Below are positions 14,775 to 27,590 of a DNA stretch of 64,000 nt, piece after piece. A program made the translations under genes and the position numbers. The notes under the pieces were generated by a model that saw only the letters and a program-made list of their open reading frames with translations, made no database searches and was not told where the DNA came from. The stretch's first letter is position 1, and every line of letters starts with the position of its first letter. Origin of the DNA: Octopus vulgaris (lineage: Eukaryota); assembly GCA_951406725.2 (NCBI GenBank), contig OX597834.1, positions 13,578,001-13,642,000 of the forward strand, written 5' to 3'.

Positions 14775-15060
14775 TTTCTTGCCTGCTTGCTTGCTTGATA
14801 CTCTTGCTTGATAAAGCTTGGTTTAATCTAGGTTAGAGATCCAAGAGTCTTCGTTGTGCGTAAGGTCTAACCAGGTGCACATGAGTTGGACGTCTCCTCT
14901 GCAACCTCGGTGATCTTGAGTCTTTGGAGACTCCACCCAACCGAACTACGGCTACCCATTTAATGTGGCTCCTAACACAGAACATCTTCCAGTCCGCAAC
15001 TACTGCATCGAATGAGAGTTAAGCCATGGTTGGATGATCTAACATGAAGTGGGTTGTACA
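14775..15060 (-). mobile_element. Possible very degenerate LINE 3' end with (CAAG)n tail
   Basis: GC-richer island ending on the minus strand in caagcaagcaagcaggcaag; no clean protein motif. Confidence 0.25.
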
Positions 15061-15576
15061 TGATAGATGCGAAAGTGATTAAAATTGAATTAACTTATGA
15101 ATAGGAAACAGGTCAACTATTATATTTGTAGCGTATGTGAACAAGTTAATTGCTGTCTTTCATGTTTATTATAAAACGTGCTGAGTTGCTTTTCAGATAT
15201 AATTAAATAGTCGTGTTTTTCATCTGTTTCTTGATTGCAAACTGGCTGTGTATATTAAGCAGATGCAAACCTCGCGATCATTTATCAAAATTTTTGCTTC
15301 GGGGGTATTCTGAATATGAATATATTCATAAATGATCAAATCGTCTTTGTAGGATATAAAAATCGGCTTCAGTCAGTTTGTTTGTCCATTAGTTATCTCG
15401 AAGATGCCAGAACATCAATTCATGTTGAAGCTTTGTCTTTCATTTGTTTGCCGAGAGTCGAGCTGTCTTATATTGCTCTGGTTAATTTTAGCGCTAAACT
15501 ACTTAACTAGAGAAAAGGGCACAAATGCCAAGGACCCTAGTGACTGGTGGCATTATCACATACGATTTGTCAACAT

Positions 15577-15992
15577 AGTCGCAGGAGTGGCTGTGTGGTA
15601 AGTAGCTCCCTTACAAATCACATGGTTCCGGGTTCAGTCCCACTGCGTGGCATCTTGGGAAAATGTCTTCTGCTATAGCCCCGGACCGACCAATGCCTTG
15701 TGAGTGGATTTGGTAGACGGAAACTGAAAGAAGCCTGTCGTATATATGTATATATGTATATATGTGTCTCTGTCTGTGTTTGTGTGTCTGTGTTTGTCCC
15801 CCTAGCATTGCTTGACAACCGATGCTGGTATGCTTACGTCCTTGTAACCTAGCGGTTCGGCAAAAGAGACCGATATAATAAGTACTGGGCTTACAAAGAA
15901 TAAGTCCCGGGGTCGATTTGCTCGATTAAAGGCGGTGCTCCAGCATGGCCGCAGTCAAATGACTGAAACAAGTAAAAGAGTAAAAGAGAGTA
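15577..15992 (+). mobile_element. SINE family B, full length
   Basis: Clear head, CORE-like segment, internal TA/TG tract, gtaaaagagtaaaagag tail. Confidence 0.92.
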
Positions 15993-16320
15993 TATTGAGT
16001 GTCGATATGAAGGTGATATGCAATAATTGGGACTTACCATTGTCAACTATTAATTTAGTGAAAGTCGTTTTAATCCTAGGGTTCGCGATAAAATATAAGT
16101 TCTTCACGCACTGTTTTAAATCTGACAAAATGATGATTTCTTTTTATTACCTTTATTTTTTTTTTTGGGGGCGAGATTTATTTAACAAAATATGCTTTCA
16201 TTTCTGATTTGTTCTTAAGTGATGCTAGAGCGGCGACAGCAGCACCATTCAATACAATGTATTTATGCCAAATGATAGAGATTAATGTTCAGAATTGTAA
16301 CATAAAATATTAAAGCTGTT

Positions 16321-16340
16321 GAGTGGTGGTAGTAGTATTG

Positions 16341-16372
<32 letters not shown>

Positions 16373-16490
16373 GGTGGTGGTGGTGGTGGTGGTATTAGCA
16401 GCAGCAGGATTGGTGGTAGTAGTATTGGTAGTAGTAGTAGTAGTGGTGGTGGTGGTGGTGGTGGTGGTGGTGGTGGTGGTGTATTGGTGT
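16321..16490. repeat. Compound (GTA)n/(GGT)n repeat, duplicated as a ~90-bp unit
   Basis: tggtggtagtagtattggtagtagtag...(ggt)n-att occurs twice. Confidence 0.9.
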
Positions 16491-16511
16491 GCTGTGCTGG
16501 TTCGAGAGTGT

Positions 16512-16675
16512 GTGGCACAATGCCAGCAATTTCTGGTGAAGGTAGGATAAGTCAATTACATCGACCCCAGTGCGTAACTGGTACCTAATTTATCGACCCC
16601 GAAAGGATGAAAGGCAAAGTCGACCTCGGCGGAATTTGAACGCACAGCGTAACGACAGACGAAATACGGCTACGC

Positions 16676-16676
<1 letters not shown>
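16512..16676 (-). mobile_element. SINE family C-related copy, head lost, alternative tail
   Basis: atcgaccccgaaaggatgaaaggcaaagtcgacctcggcggaatttgaac. Confidence 0.85.
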
Positions 16677-16719
<43 letters not shown>

Positions 16720-16735
16720 CAGCAGCAGCAGTAGT

Positions 16736-16797
<62 letters not shown>

Positions 16798-16861
16798 CAG
16801 CAGCAGCAGTAGTAGCAGCAGCAGCAGTAGTAGTAGTAGTAGTAGTAGTAGCAGCAGCAGC

Positions 16862-16917
<56 letters not shown>
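16677..16917. repeat. (GTA)n/(GCA)n compound microsatellite with higher-order blocks
   Basis: Pattern (GTA)n(GCA)4-5(GTA)2(GCA)4-5 appears twice. Confidence 0.95.
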
Positions 16918-16918
<1 letters not shown>

Positions 16919-17398
16919 CGTGGAGATCACGTATAGGAACCATCGTAAAGTAAGCGTTTAGGGGGATAAATTAGAAATATCGATTAAAGAATTAAGCAGA
17001 GGAAAAGAAATCCAGGAAGAGCATGATTCCTATAAAGTAAAGGGTTTGATGGCAGAACGAATATGTGACACTGGGGAGGCTGAACATGCGCAATAATCTG
17101 ATACGTCTTCAGGGGACAATCTACGTTGACAGGGGACAATCTACTTTTCCCTATATTCTGATTTCCGTTTATTACAATATTCCATGCGAGGTTGTAGAAG
17201 TCGGTTGGATTAATGGGAAAATTATTGTTAAAGTGATATGATGACAGAAAAAGGCAAAATGGCGATAGGACAGGACCATTCGTATTAAAGTAAAAGCGAC
17301 GGGTGGGGTGGGTGGGTGAAATGAAGTAACCAGAGATATGTGGAAGCATGGACGCGTCACACGTTTGCAACGCTAGGGATTTTAGGAATATATATGTG

Positions 17399-17503
<105 letters not shown>

Positions 17504-17532
17504 ATATATATATATATATATTTATTTATATG

Positions 17533-17568
<36 letters not shown>

Positions 17569-17572
17569 TAAC

Positions 17573-17686
<114 letters not shown>

Positions 17687-18369
17687 ATATACATATATGA
17701 TATATATATATACTTATATATGTATGTATATGCATATATATGTGTATATATATATGTACATCTATCTATCTACCTATCTATCTATCTATATGTATATATT
17801 GGTGTATGTGTGTATGCATGTATATATGTGTCGATTAAGAGCGAGAAAGAACTTGGAATAGAAGAATAGAAACAGAAAGAAATGGTCAACGGAATACTAT
17901 TGAATATAATAATAGAATATAATAATACATGAACAAGAATAAAGGAACTGGCTGGTATTATGATGTTAAAATGTAACCACTGCAATGGTGTTATTGTACG
18001 ACTGCGCAAAAATAGGTTATTGTAGATAAGAGGGAATCGCATTGGGAGCCCACATTAGGTTTCTTGAAGCTCATTGTATTTTCAAAAGCAGTAAAGGACT
18101 AGAGATAAATGCCATTATTTTCTGAATATCTAGCTTCGAAAGAGCCGCAAGGTTGCAATAATGTAGTTTCTTTAATCGTGACCTGTGCAGTGTAGGTCTT
18201 AGATTGATCTTAGAAAAGATTCAGTTTTAATAGGTTGTATCTTGTACGATAACGGACAAAAATTTCTTGCTCACAGTCGGAAAATGGTTGAATGTTTACG
18301 ACTGCAAAATATACTGAGAATAAATATGATGTAAATATATTCCACTGATTGGTAACATTGTACAAGGGA

Positions 18370-18563
18370 TGTGTGTGTAAATCAATCATAAAATAACAAA
18401 TAAAATAAAATAAAAGTACTCAAAAAGAGGAACAGTGAATGTATTTGGCTGATGTTCATTTTGTAACGAAAATAAAATAGCGTGTGAGACATTTCGAGCA
18501 AAATTCTTCGTGAGAAAGATGGCGACGGAAATGTCTTGAAAGAATGGAAAGAAAATCCGAAGT
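18370..18563 (-). mobile_element. Short HHR-like element family H, copy 1
   Basis: Reverse complement of 20505-20698; motif CTCACGA-A-GAat-ttt-GCTC-GAAA-TGT-C. Confidence 0.6.
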
Positions 18564-19326
18564 TCAGAAATTGTTTCATTTCATTTGAAGGTAGTCCTTC
18601 ATACCGTTGACCAGTTAAAGGATACAAGTCATCAAAGAAAATCTGGCACCAAAGCTGATCCAAATTCCTTTAAAATATTTAGTTATAGCATTTAACGTGA
18701 TGAACAAGACACTGCTGCAATTTTCTCGTGATTTTATATTTGGTAGCGAACGGTTTCACTATTATCCAGCTATTACGTTACAAAGATATTCAACAAAGAA
18801 CTTCTGTGAAATTTACTCGAGTATAATTGGTTCATATTCACTTTATTAATGAAATCCATTGAGCCAGCATTGTAATCAGCTGTTGAGTCACGTTACGCAA
18901 AGAAAGTGCTGGAGACCTTCATAGTATTAAATTTACTTTAAAAATCTCTCTCTCAAATCTATGCTGAATCGCTTCCTCTGTCCACCGAGCTGTCCTTCTC
19001 CGATTTTCTCACTCAGTCACTCACACACTCCCTCCCTACATCACTCACTTACTCAATTTTCGAGTATTATTTGCTGTTTTCGAGTGCTCGCTTTACGAGC
19101 GTTCCCCGAGAATGTATTAACTCATACATCAAGCCATTAGTCTGTGGTTTGGGAGATGGTTATTTGGTTGTGTGTGTACTGTAAAGATCTGTCACGTTAG
19201 GCTGGAACAATGCGAGAATTTACATGGTAAACTATAGAACGAAAAGATTATGAAATAAAAGCAAGTTGTAATATTACCTTACTTTTGTCTTATTTTCTTT
19301 CCCGTTTATATGTAAGTATATATATG

Positions 19327-19397
<71 letters not shown>

Positions 19398-19416
19398 GTA
19401 TATATGTATACATATA

Positions 19417-19463
<47 letters not shown>

Positions 19464-19651
19464 ACATATATATATATATGTATATATGTATATATATATA
19501 TACATATATATATGTATACATATATATACATACATATATATACATATATACACATATATATATACATATATACATAGATACATATATATATATATATGTA
19601 TATATGTATATATATACATATATATATGTATACATATATATATACATATAT

Positions 19652-19713
<62 letters not shown>

Positions 19714-19715
19714 AC

Positions 19716-19771
<56 letters not shown>

Positions 19772-20290
19772 ATCAATCGGAGAATGCATGTCGTGGAACT
19801 TACATAATGCCTATATGTGTACCGATAAGTGACTGATGCGATCGATGCTGTCGTTCCTAAGTAAATATGCATTGGGTATCAATTTTCTTTTCTTCGAAAA
19901 CATGCGGCCCTTTGCAATAACACATCTTCTGCAACATATTTGGAAAGTAACTGTCTGATATAACATCTTTCGCAATTCGTTCATTAATCTCGACAAGAAA
20001 TTTTATGGTATTTAATCTTGTGGACATGTATTTGGTATTCAAGAGGCAAAAATTTACATATTCGATGACAAGTAAATCAATATATTGATCTTGAGTATTC
20101 ATTATATCTTTCAGCTCCATTACATATCTACCAGTTTTCGTTTAATTATCAATCGCTGTATTGATACATTAATGGTTTATAGTGGTCAATACTTTTTTAT
20201 CGTGTAACAATCTACAGTACAAACAGACATGGATTTAATACATTCAGCATACATGTACATGTACGCACAGCCCAAATATATATATATGGT

Positions 20291-20345
<55 letters not shown>

Positions 20346-20365
20346 TAGATAGATAGATAGGCAGG

Positions 20366-20453
<88 letters not shown>

Positions 20454-20504
20454 TAGATATGCCTGAATGTTTGTGTGTGGTGTATGTGTAACAAACGCGA
20501 GCGT

Positions 20505-20698
20505 CTTCAGATTTTCTTTCCCTTCTTTCAAGACATTTCCGTCGCCATCTTTCTCATGAAGAGTTTTGCTCGAAATGTCTCACACACTATTTTTTTTTCG
20601 TCACAAAATGAACATTAACCAAATACATTCACTGTTCGTCTTTTTGACTATTGTGTTTTTTATTTTATTTGTTATTTTATGATTGATTTACACACACA
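20505..20698 (+). mobile_element. Short HHR-like element family H, copy 2
   Basis: Same layout as families E and F: pyrimidine tract, CTCATGA-A-GAGT-ttt-GCTC-GAAA-TGT-C at 20553-20579, T-rich tail, then microsatellite. G5 is changed to C and stem I is not evident. Confidence 0.6.
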
Positions 20699-20820
20699 TA
20701 CATACCCATACACACATACATATTATCCCACCTACGAGAAATGGACGCCGGATTCGTGGAAAACATCGTTGTGATCAATGAAGTTTGTATATTCCTTTAT
20801 CCCTCTCTCTCAATTGTTAT

Positions 20821-20975
20821 AGGCATAGGCATGGCGGTGTGCTAACAAGCTTGCTTCTCAACCACATGTTTCCGGGTTCACTCCCACTGCATGTCAACTT
20901 AAACGGGTTTTTTCTGCTATAGCCTCGAGCCAACTAAAATCTTGTGAGTGGATTTGCTAGACGGAGACTAAAAGC
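20821..20975 (+). mobile_element. SINE family B 5' half, diverged
   Basis: ccgggttcactcccactgc...gtgagtggatttgctagacgga. Confidence 0.75.
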
Positions 20976-22079
20976 CGATATTACGGAATTTGCAGATGTG
21001 GAAGAAAAGAAAACAACAAAGGAGGCGTTCAGGGGTATCACTTCACAAGAGCTTCAGCATTGCTTCGAAATTCTCGTAATTGCGAAGAGATCTATTTGGT
21101 TTTAACATGATGTTAGCAGAAATACTGAAATATAGATGAACCTAAACCAGTGAGTAAACTACATATAAAATAACATAAATATAATTTTGGAAATAAAGCT
21201 GCTTATATAACCATTTCTCCATTTTCAAATAATCTACCGTCTACTAATCTTTTAAATAATATAAGAGAAACAAATATTCTTAATAAAGAAAATCACTTCT
21301 TATGCTGCCACTTGCAACAGTACATGTAAGCCAAGAAGCATTACATCTTCCATTTTAGAAACTTATTTATTTAAGAATGTACTAATTAAAGAAAGAAAAT
21401 CACCGAGATTAATTATTTACAGCGAGTAAGTATAACTAATTACACCTTTTTTAATGAAATCACTACATTAAATGTGCTAAAACTCAGTTAACTCTTTCTG
21501 TAATTAAGCCAATTAACGGATAATTTGCGTTAATTGCATGGCATTTTCTAGCTACTGACAATTTTGCTAACAAATTTAAAATTAAATTAATCCAATGTAA
21601 ACATAGAGTCAGGCGACAAATTTTTCAATAGTATTGTAATTTAATATTATTACTACATTCTTTATTTTCATCACTTTTATTATCAATGATGGGGCACAGT
21701 TAAAATCTTCTTCAGGTCAGGTAGACCATCCCCTTCAAAAGGTGACAGAATAAACGTTGTTTAACAATGTCGAACGAAACACCAGTTTACGGGGTGGTTT
21801 ATTGAAACCCTCAAAGTATCCCACTCACACATGGCTATGATGCTCTCCCACAATTCTTGCGCCTGATCAGAGATGCAGATATCATCAGCCACTATGAGTC
21901 ATGCTGAAATGGTTTTGGTCACGCAAATAACAAACAAATTTGAGGTATTGAGCAGAATATTTGGTGTAGCACATCTTTTACACAACGGCAAACCCTATAC
22001 ATGATAACGCTTCCAATCAGTTAAAATCGGAAGTCTGGAGTTGTTATTGTATTGTTATTGATATTATTTTCACTATTAA

Positions 22080-22302
22080 CCCTTTCATTACCATATTTAT
22101 TTTAAGATGCTCTCTGTTTCTTTCAATCATTTTAAATATAACAAAGAATTTAGAAAAAATAACTTAGTCACCATTAAGCTAGTGTTAGTAACATAAATTG
22201 TGACTAAGGTTTGGTGGAAAATTTTAATTCAAAACTTAAGAAAACCAAGACATGTGTACTACAGAGCCAGAGGCGGTTTCGGCCGGGTTGGTAATGAAAG
22301 GG
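22080..22302. mobile_element. piggyBac-type MITE
   Basis: Perfect 14-bp TIR CCCTTTCATTACCA / TGGTAATGAAAGGG flanked by TTAA at 22076-22079 and 22303-22306. Confidence 0.85.
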
Positions 22303-22574
22303 TTAAGTCCGTTTCTATTTCTTGCCGAGTGTCTACCTGCCACCTAAGGCAGAGAATCGTGCTATATATATTGGTAGGCCATAAAATAAACGCAACAGAT
22401 TGTTTATTTACAAATTCATGTGATAAGCGAAATAGGAAGGGAAGACAGAGAGAAAATGGAAAGAATAAAATATAAACGAATAAACAAAAAAAACAGAGGT
22501 GGAAAGGGAAAGAAAGAAACTCATTTGCACTTCCTGCATGGATGTCATGCCAGGGATCCTTCTTAAATAATGTG

Positions 22575-22640
22575 TTGGTCATTTCAAGTGCTCCTACAAT
22601 CACTGTTATTGCAACGCTCTTGATATGCAGCAGCTTGCAA
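22575..22640 (-). pseudogene. Tiny degenerate R4/Dong-type endonuclease C-terminal fragment
   Basis: KLLHIKSVAITVIVGALEM resembles KIWHLKAVTIPVIVGALGM in the ORF at 33027-33836. Confidence 0.45.
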
Positions 22641-22724
22641 CAGTCCATGTAAGCCATGAGAAACTGGGGTCCATGTAATTGATTTGCCCACTCTCCGAAA
22701 TTGCTGGCATTGTGCCAAAGTTTC

Positions 22725-23730
22725 AAGACAGATGCCTTGAGGACAGCCTCCAGGTAGTATTCAAGGCAGCTGTCTTCGACCCCGTCTTCAGAGGTCGGAT
22801 TGCTGCAATATAGAGTGGCAACTGGTCGGTGCTGGATGTCAAAAGTCACCGCTCGCAACTGTTTCAGTTCTCCCGTTCGGTCCGTCTACTGTACCTTAGC
22901 TCATCCCTTCTGTATCTATTGACTGGAGGCGCAATGGCCCAGTGGTTAGGGCAGCGGACTCGCGGTCATAGGATCACAGTTTCAATTCCCAGACCGGGCG
23001 TTGTGAGTGTTTATTAAGCGAAAACACCTAAAGGCTCCACGAGGCTCCGGCAGGGGATGGTGGTGATCCCTGCTGTACTCTTTCACCACAACTTTCTCTC
23101 ACTCTTACTTCCCGTTTCTGTTGTACCTGTATTTCAAGGGGTCGGCGTTGTCACTCTCTGTGTCACGCTGAATATCGCCGAGAACTACGTTAAGGGTGCA
23201 CGTGTCTGTGGAGTGGTCAGCCACTTACACGTTAATTTCACGAGCAGGCTGTTCCATTGATTCGGATCAACCGCAACCCTCATCGTCGTAACCGACGGAG
23301 TGCTTCAAGAATCAATTGACTCTCGCGCTCTTATTTCGGAAGCGGAAGCTGCTGCAAGTCATGATTCTCAAACTTGGACACGGAAGGGCTGTGTTGGCTT
23401 ATGCGGACGACATTACCTTGATTGTATCGGACACTTCAGAACTCGAGGTGGTTGGGACATCATTCGAGCAATATGAAATGTTGACGGGTGCAAAACTTAA
23501 CGCGGTAAAGTCGGTGGGCTTGCAACCCGGCACTTAGAGAGGCAAATGCATGCCGTCAAACAGCGTCGGTGGGTGTTGGACGGTTGGACAGGTAAAGTTG
23601 CTTGGGTTTTAGTTCGGACCAGATCTCCAGGTGGGTAAGAACTGGAACGAGCTGACGAGCTGAGTAGCCAGCCTCACCCAGAAATGGTCTTGTCGCCGAA
23701 AATTCGTGCGGAAGTGTAGAATGCGTACAT
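22725..23730 (+). mobile_element. L1/Tx1-clade reverse transcriptase fragment (pseudogenised), split by a SINE A insertion
   Basis: FKAAVFDPVFRGRIAAI*SG...FSRSVRLLYLSSSLLYLLT (degenerate RQGCPLSP) | SINE | LALLFRK...AYADDITLIVSD...TGAKLNAVKS...VKLLG; in-frame stops. Confidence 0.75.
22924..23308 (+). mobile_element. SINE family A, full length, inserted in the Tx1-like RT
   Basis: TSD attgac(t) at 22918-22924 and 23315-23321; RT reading resumes across it. Confidence 0.92.
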
Positions 23731-24783
23731 ATTGGAGAAAACGTGAAATTATTCGATTTGAAATTTGAACACGAAGCAAATATACCTTACAGATATTATC
23801 CTTCAAATACTGGGTTAAAATTTCTTTAAATATATACAACAAACCGTGAATAATGGCGAAAATTGGCCACGAGAATAGGAAATGGCCATGCTCCATATAC
23901 AATACGTAAATAGCGTAATTTAATGCAAGGTAAGAAAACACATAACAATATAAATATAACGGTATTTTGTTATACGGTAAAAGGGAAGTAGCTAGAATAA
24001 TAAACACAGAACAGCATAAAGTTTCCAATCGTATAAAATGTACGTTAATGGGTAGAACATAAGTATTAAGATGGCGGCCTGCCTGAAGAACAAATTGCAT
24101 AAACAACCGTGAATGTATGATGCATAAGCAATTACATCAAATTATATTTTAATGACACAAGGAAAGCTACAGTCCTCTAAACATGAAGTTAAGATTCGAT
24201 AATAAATAAGGAGAAGATGGCTCCGAGAATTGATGTAAGTATATTTTATTCGGGAAGTATGAGGATATTTATTGCGAGTTAAATTTGAAAGAGGTGAACC
24301 CTAGAATAAAATGGCTCATAAGTAGATAATTGGTTTTATGAAAAACTTGTTTAAGGAGCTAGAAATAAAAATGCTAGGAAACATTTCATACAATACTTAA
24401 CGGAATATTGCATGGAATTTCATGTCACAAATCTTTTTATTTATGTATGATTCGTGGTTGGATCATAAAATCTCGCTTAGAAAGTAGATGTATCAGAGGA
24501 GGGGTGCAGTTATTTATGAAATATTATGGACAGAGAGGTGATATTATTAAGAAAATTCAACGGAATTTCAGAAAAATATCCTGCTTTGCAAAATTTTCTC
24601 GTGGCTAAAGGCGAACGCAAAAATTTTCAGCACCTCTCCGTATGCGAGCGGTAAAAGTAAAATCTCTGCTCAACATTATACATTACTTGACAGTTAGCAA
24701 TCTATTTCTGACATGTTAGGATGTTATAGAGATATCATTAATTGAAAGTTATATATATATATATATACATAGACATATATATA

Positions 24784-24928
24784 TTCGGTTTCCGTCTACC
24801 AAATTCACTCACAAGGCTTTGATCGGTCTGAGGCTACACTAGAAGACACTTGCCCACAGTGCCATGCAGTGGGACTGAACTCGGAACCATATAGTTGGTA
24901 AGCAAGTTACTACACACCCACTCCTGCG

Positions 24929-24931
<3 letters not shown>
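24784..24931 (-). mobile_element. SINE family B 5' half, ending at its internal (TA)n
   Basis: tttccgtctaccaaattcactcacaagg...cactcctgcgcct. Confidence 0.85.
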
Positions 24932-24987
<56 letters not shown>

Positions 24988-25403
24988 CTATGTATGTGTA
25001 TATATATATATGTATGTATATGTGTGTATCTGTGTGGTGACGGGTCGGTGTGTCATAATAAAAAAATTGGCAGATATTTCACACACCGTACTATATGAAT
25101 ATATTGTGCTATCGTGATGTGGGTAAAAAGATACAATATAGTAAAAAAATTATCAATTTTAACATAAGAAAACATGTGTCAGTTATTGGTTCCTGACAAA
25201 CGAATAAACAAATATATTAGATGAAAATACCCAAAAAACAATACAAAAAAACAATACGAGGTGAAATGAAATTCAATAACGTAAGAAACAATGGCAAAAA
25301 CAAATGGCTGAAAAAATGACAGAATGACTGTAAAAATGAAAATTCGATTTCTAATGTTGCTTTCAACAATAAACAAGTAACACACAAACACAGACCCCCC
25401 CCC

Positions 25404-25474
<71 letters not shown>

Positions 25475-25537
25475 GATAGATAGATAGGTAGATAGATAGA
25501 TCATACACTTATATGTATTCATATTATGTATGTATAT

Positions 25538-25568
<31 letters not shown>

Positions 25569-25634
25569 CTTTACATACGTATAAAGGGGGGGGGGACGAC
25601 TAAGTTTACATCCACTATGCTACAGGTAGACCCC

Positions 25635-25798
25635 ATATGTTCTGACCGCTAAGAAAATATTGTTCTCGAGAAAATTCAGCAAACGCCAGAACGTAAGCGA
25701 GCAAGACAAATGTAAAGATTCATTCCTCTTTCTCGCTTATGTCCTGGCGTTTGCTGAATTTTCTTGAGAAAAATCTTTTCTTAGTCGTCAGACCATAT
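25635..25798. repeat. Imperfect inverted repeat (~72-bp arms, ~20-nt loop), fold-back or MITE-like
   Basis: gaaaattcagcaaacgccagaacgtaagcgag versus ctcgcttatgtcctggcgtttgctgaattttc; a partial arm also occurs at 43117-43152. Confidence 0.8.
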
Positions 25799-25879
25799 CT
25801 TTGTATATTCCACTCATCTTATATCGACATGCATATTTACTACATTATATTCTGTTCAAGATATTGTGGGAATTCGCAG

Positions 25880-26369
25880 CGAAATTGTTTCATTCGTGCT
25901 TTATCAGATAAATGAAATGCGATTATTATATTGCTTGGATCATAATTGAAGTGTGTACTGTTTAAACATAAAATATATCATTCAAAGTTGTTTCTTCTGT
26001 AGAAAGGATGTATTAGCACATACTGTCAGTACAAAGTTGAGATTTGGATTTTTCACTAATTTCATAGTTTATTTTTCACAATGTAGCAATAGCAAAGTGA
26101 ACATTCAAGTAAAACATATTTATATCCATGTAAAAGATTCAACAGATCAAGGAGTGCTACTCCCGTCTATATTAAGACTCCATCTGACGTGCTGTAACGT
26201 GCCTTTGCTGATCTTCAGAAATTCTCATTTCGCTTCTGTCTTGAGACCACATTTGACGTGGTGCAGCAACCCTTTTATATTCTCTAGAAACTCTCATCTC
26301 CATTCTCTGTTGAGACTCTCGCCTTCGGTTTTTCTACATTGAGACATTACGCCCTTTCTTTGGTGGCAT
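25880..26369 (-). pseudogene. Degenerate N-terminus of a Helitron Rep/helicase ORF
   Basis: From ATG at 26369: MPPKKGRNVSM*KNRRRESQQRMEMRVSREYKRVAAPRQMWSQDRSEMRISEDQQRHVTARQMES*, i.e. 23-aa charged repeats; FNYDPS further downstream near 25935-25952. Both features are typical of animal Helitron Rep N-termini. Confidence 0.5.
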
Positions 26370-27238
26370 ATTTTTTCAATATTGTAAATAAAATATTATG
26401 AACATAGACAAAAATTATACATTAATCTCTATTTTTGTAAGCATCTGTATGTCTTTACTTTTGTGTGCAATGTAAATCAATCGAATATAAGCAAATTAAC
26501 TAAATAAAATCACAGGTACGAACGGTTATCAGAATAAAATTCAAAGTGAAAGAATAAAAGCAAAACAATATTATCTTTTGACACATTATACTGAACCAAA
26601 CTTCGAGGCTTCTGCCTAGAGTAGAAAAGAATATTGAACCGGTCTAAAAGATTGCTCTGGGCTCACATTAGGCAATAAGTTGAAAATTCCATTTGACCAT
26701 GGCACTCTATAGACCCTAAGTAATGTATGTGTAAAATGAATTCGGTTAGGTACATCTCGAGTTTTAGGGATTCACACATCTTTGGGGAATATTTTTCCTG
26801 TTAAGTAACAACAAAGGGGTGAGTTAATTATGATTGTGTTCAGTATGTTCCCCTTTTAGATTCACACAGTTATTGCAGCCAGCCTTCAATTTTTCTACGC
26901 TTTCTAAAAGAAGTCGGAGGTTTGGGCCCCCAACTAGATCTAAATAAATACGGCTCACGATTTTATGGTCGTGACTTCGATACTCGGCGGGTGGTTTACA
27001 AGTTGATGGCAAGAATGATTCGTATGTGTAAATGAAATGTGCCAAATTTGTCATATTCTGTGACACACTAAATGTCTATGGCACTATGGTAAAGGCAGGC
27101 TTGTTTGTTGAGTGCTCAATTAATTACACGTGTAGTCTGTTGCTTTGATCGCATTAATGGAAGCACTGGTCGTCATAAGGTACAGAGTGTTGGTTATACA
27201 TGTGTGTTTGCAAGTATGTGTATGCGTGTGTTTCTGTA

Positions 27239-27267
<29 letters not shown>

Positions 27268-27270
<3 letters not shown>

Positions 27271-27520
27271 CTCTTTTACTTGTTTCAGTCAATTGGCTGT
27301 GGTCGTGTTGGAGCACCACCTTTAGTCGAGCAAATCGGCCCCCAGGAATTATTCTTTGTAAGCCTAGTACTTATTCTATCGGTCTCTGTTGCTGGACCGC
27401 TGCGTTACGGGGACTTAAACACACCAACATCGTTTGTCAAGCGATGCTGGGGTACAAACACAGACACACAAACATATACACGCACATACATACATACATA
27501 TATACATACATACCTAATAC

Positions 27521-27590
<70 letters not shown>

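Noticed and set aside
17109-17145. 15-bp direct repeat caggggacaatctac x2
   Set aside because: Simple local duplication with no further structure.
19274-19872. Many overlapping long ORFs (YIYI, VCVC, LSIY, THTH) here and throughout the window
   Set aside because: They are translations of stop-free di- and tetranucleotide microsatellites.
19811-20120. Minus-strand ORFs between the family H inverted pair as a possible PLE coding remnant
   Set aside because: No RT or GIY-YIG motif is recognisable.
21685-22040. Segment that looks like an interspersed repeat
   Set aside because: Single copy in the window with no terminal or coding hallmark, so it cannot be supported from the sequence alone.
22925-23000. 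tRNA gene calls for SINE heads (families A, B, C and 51612-51680)
   Set aside because: A/B boxes are present but there is no complete cloverleaf or acceptor stem, and each continues into a repeat body.
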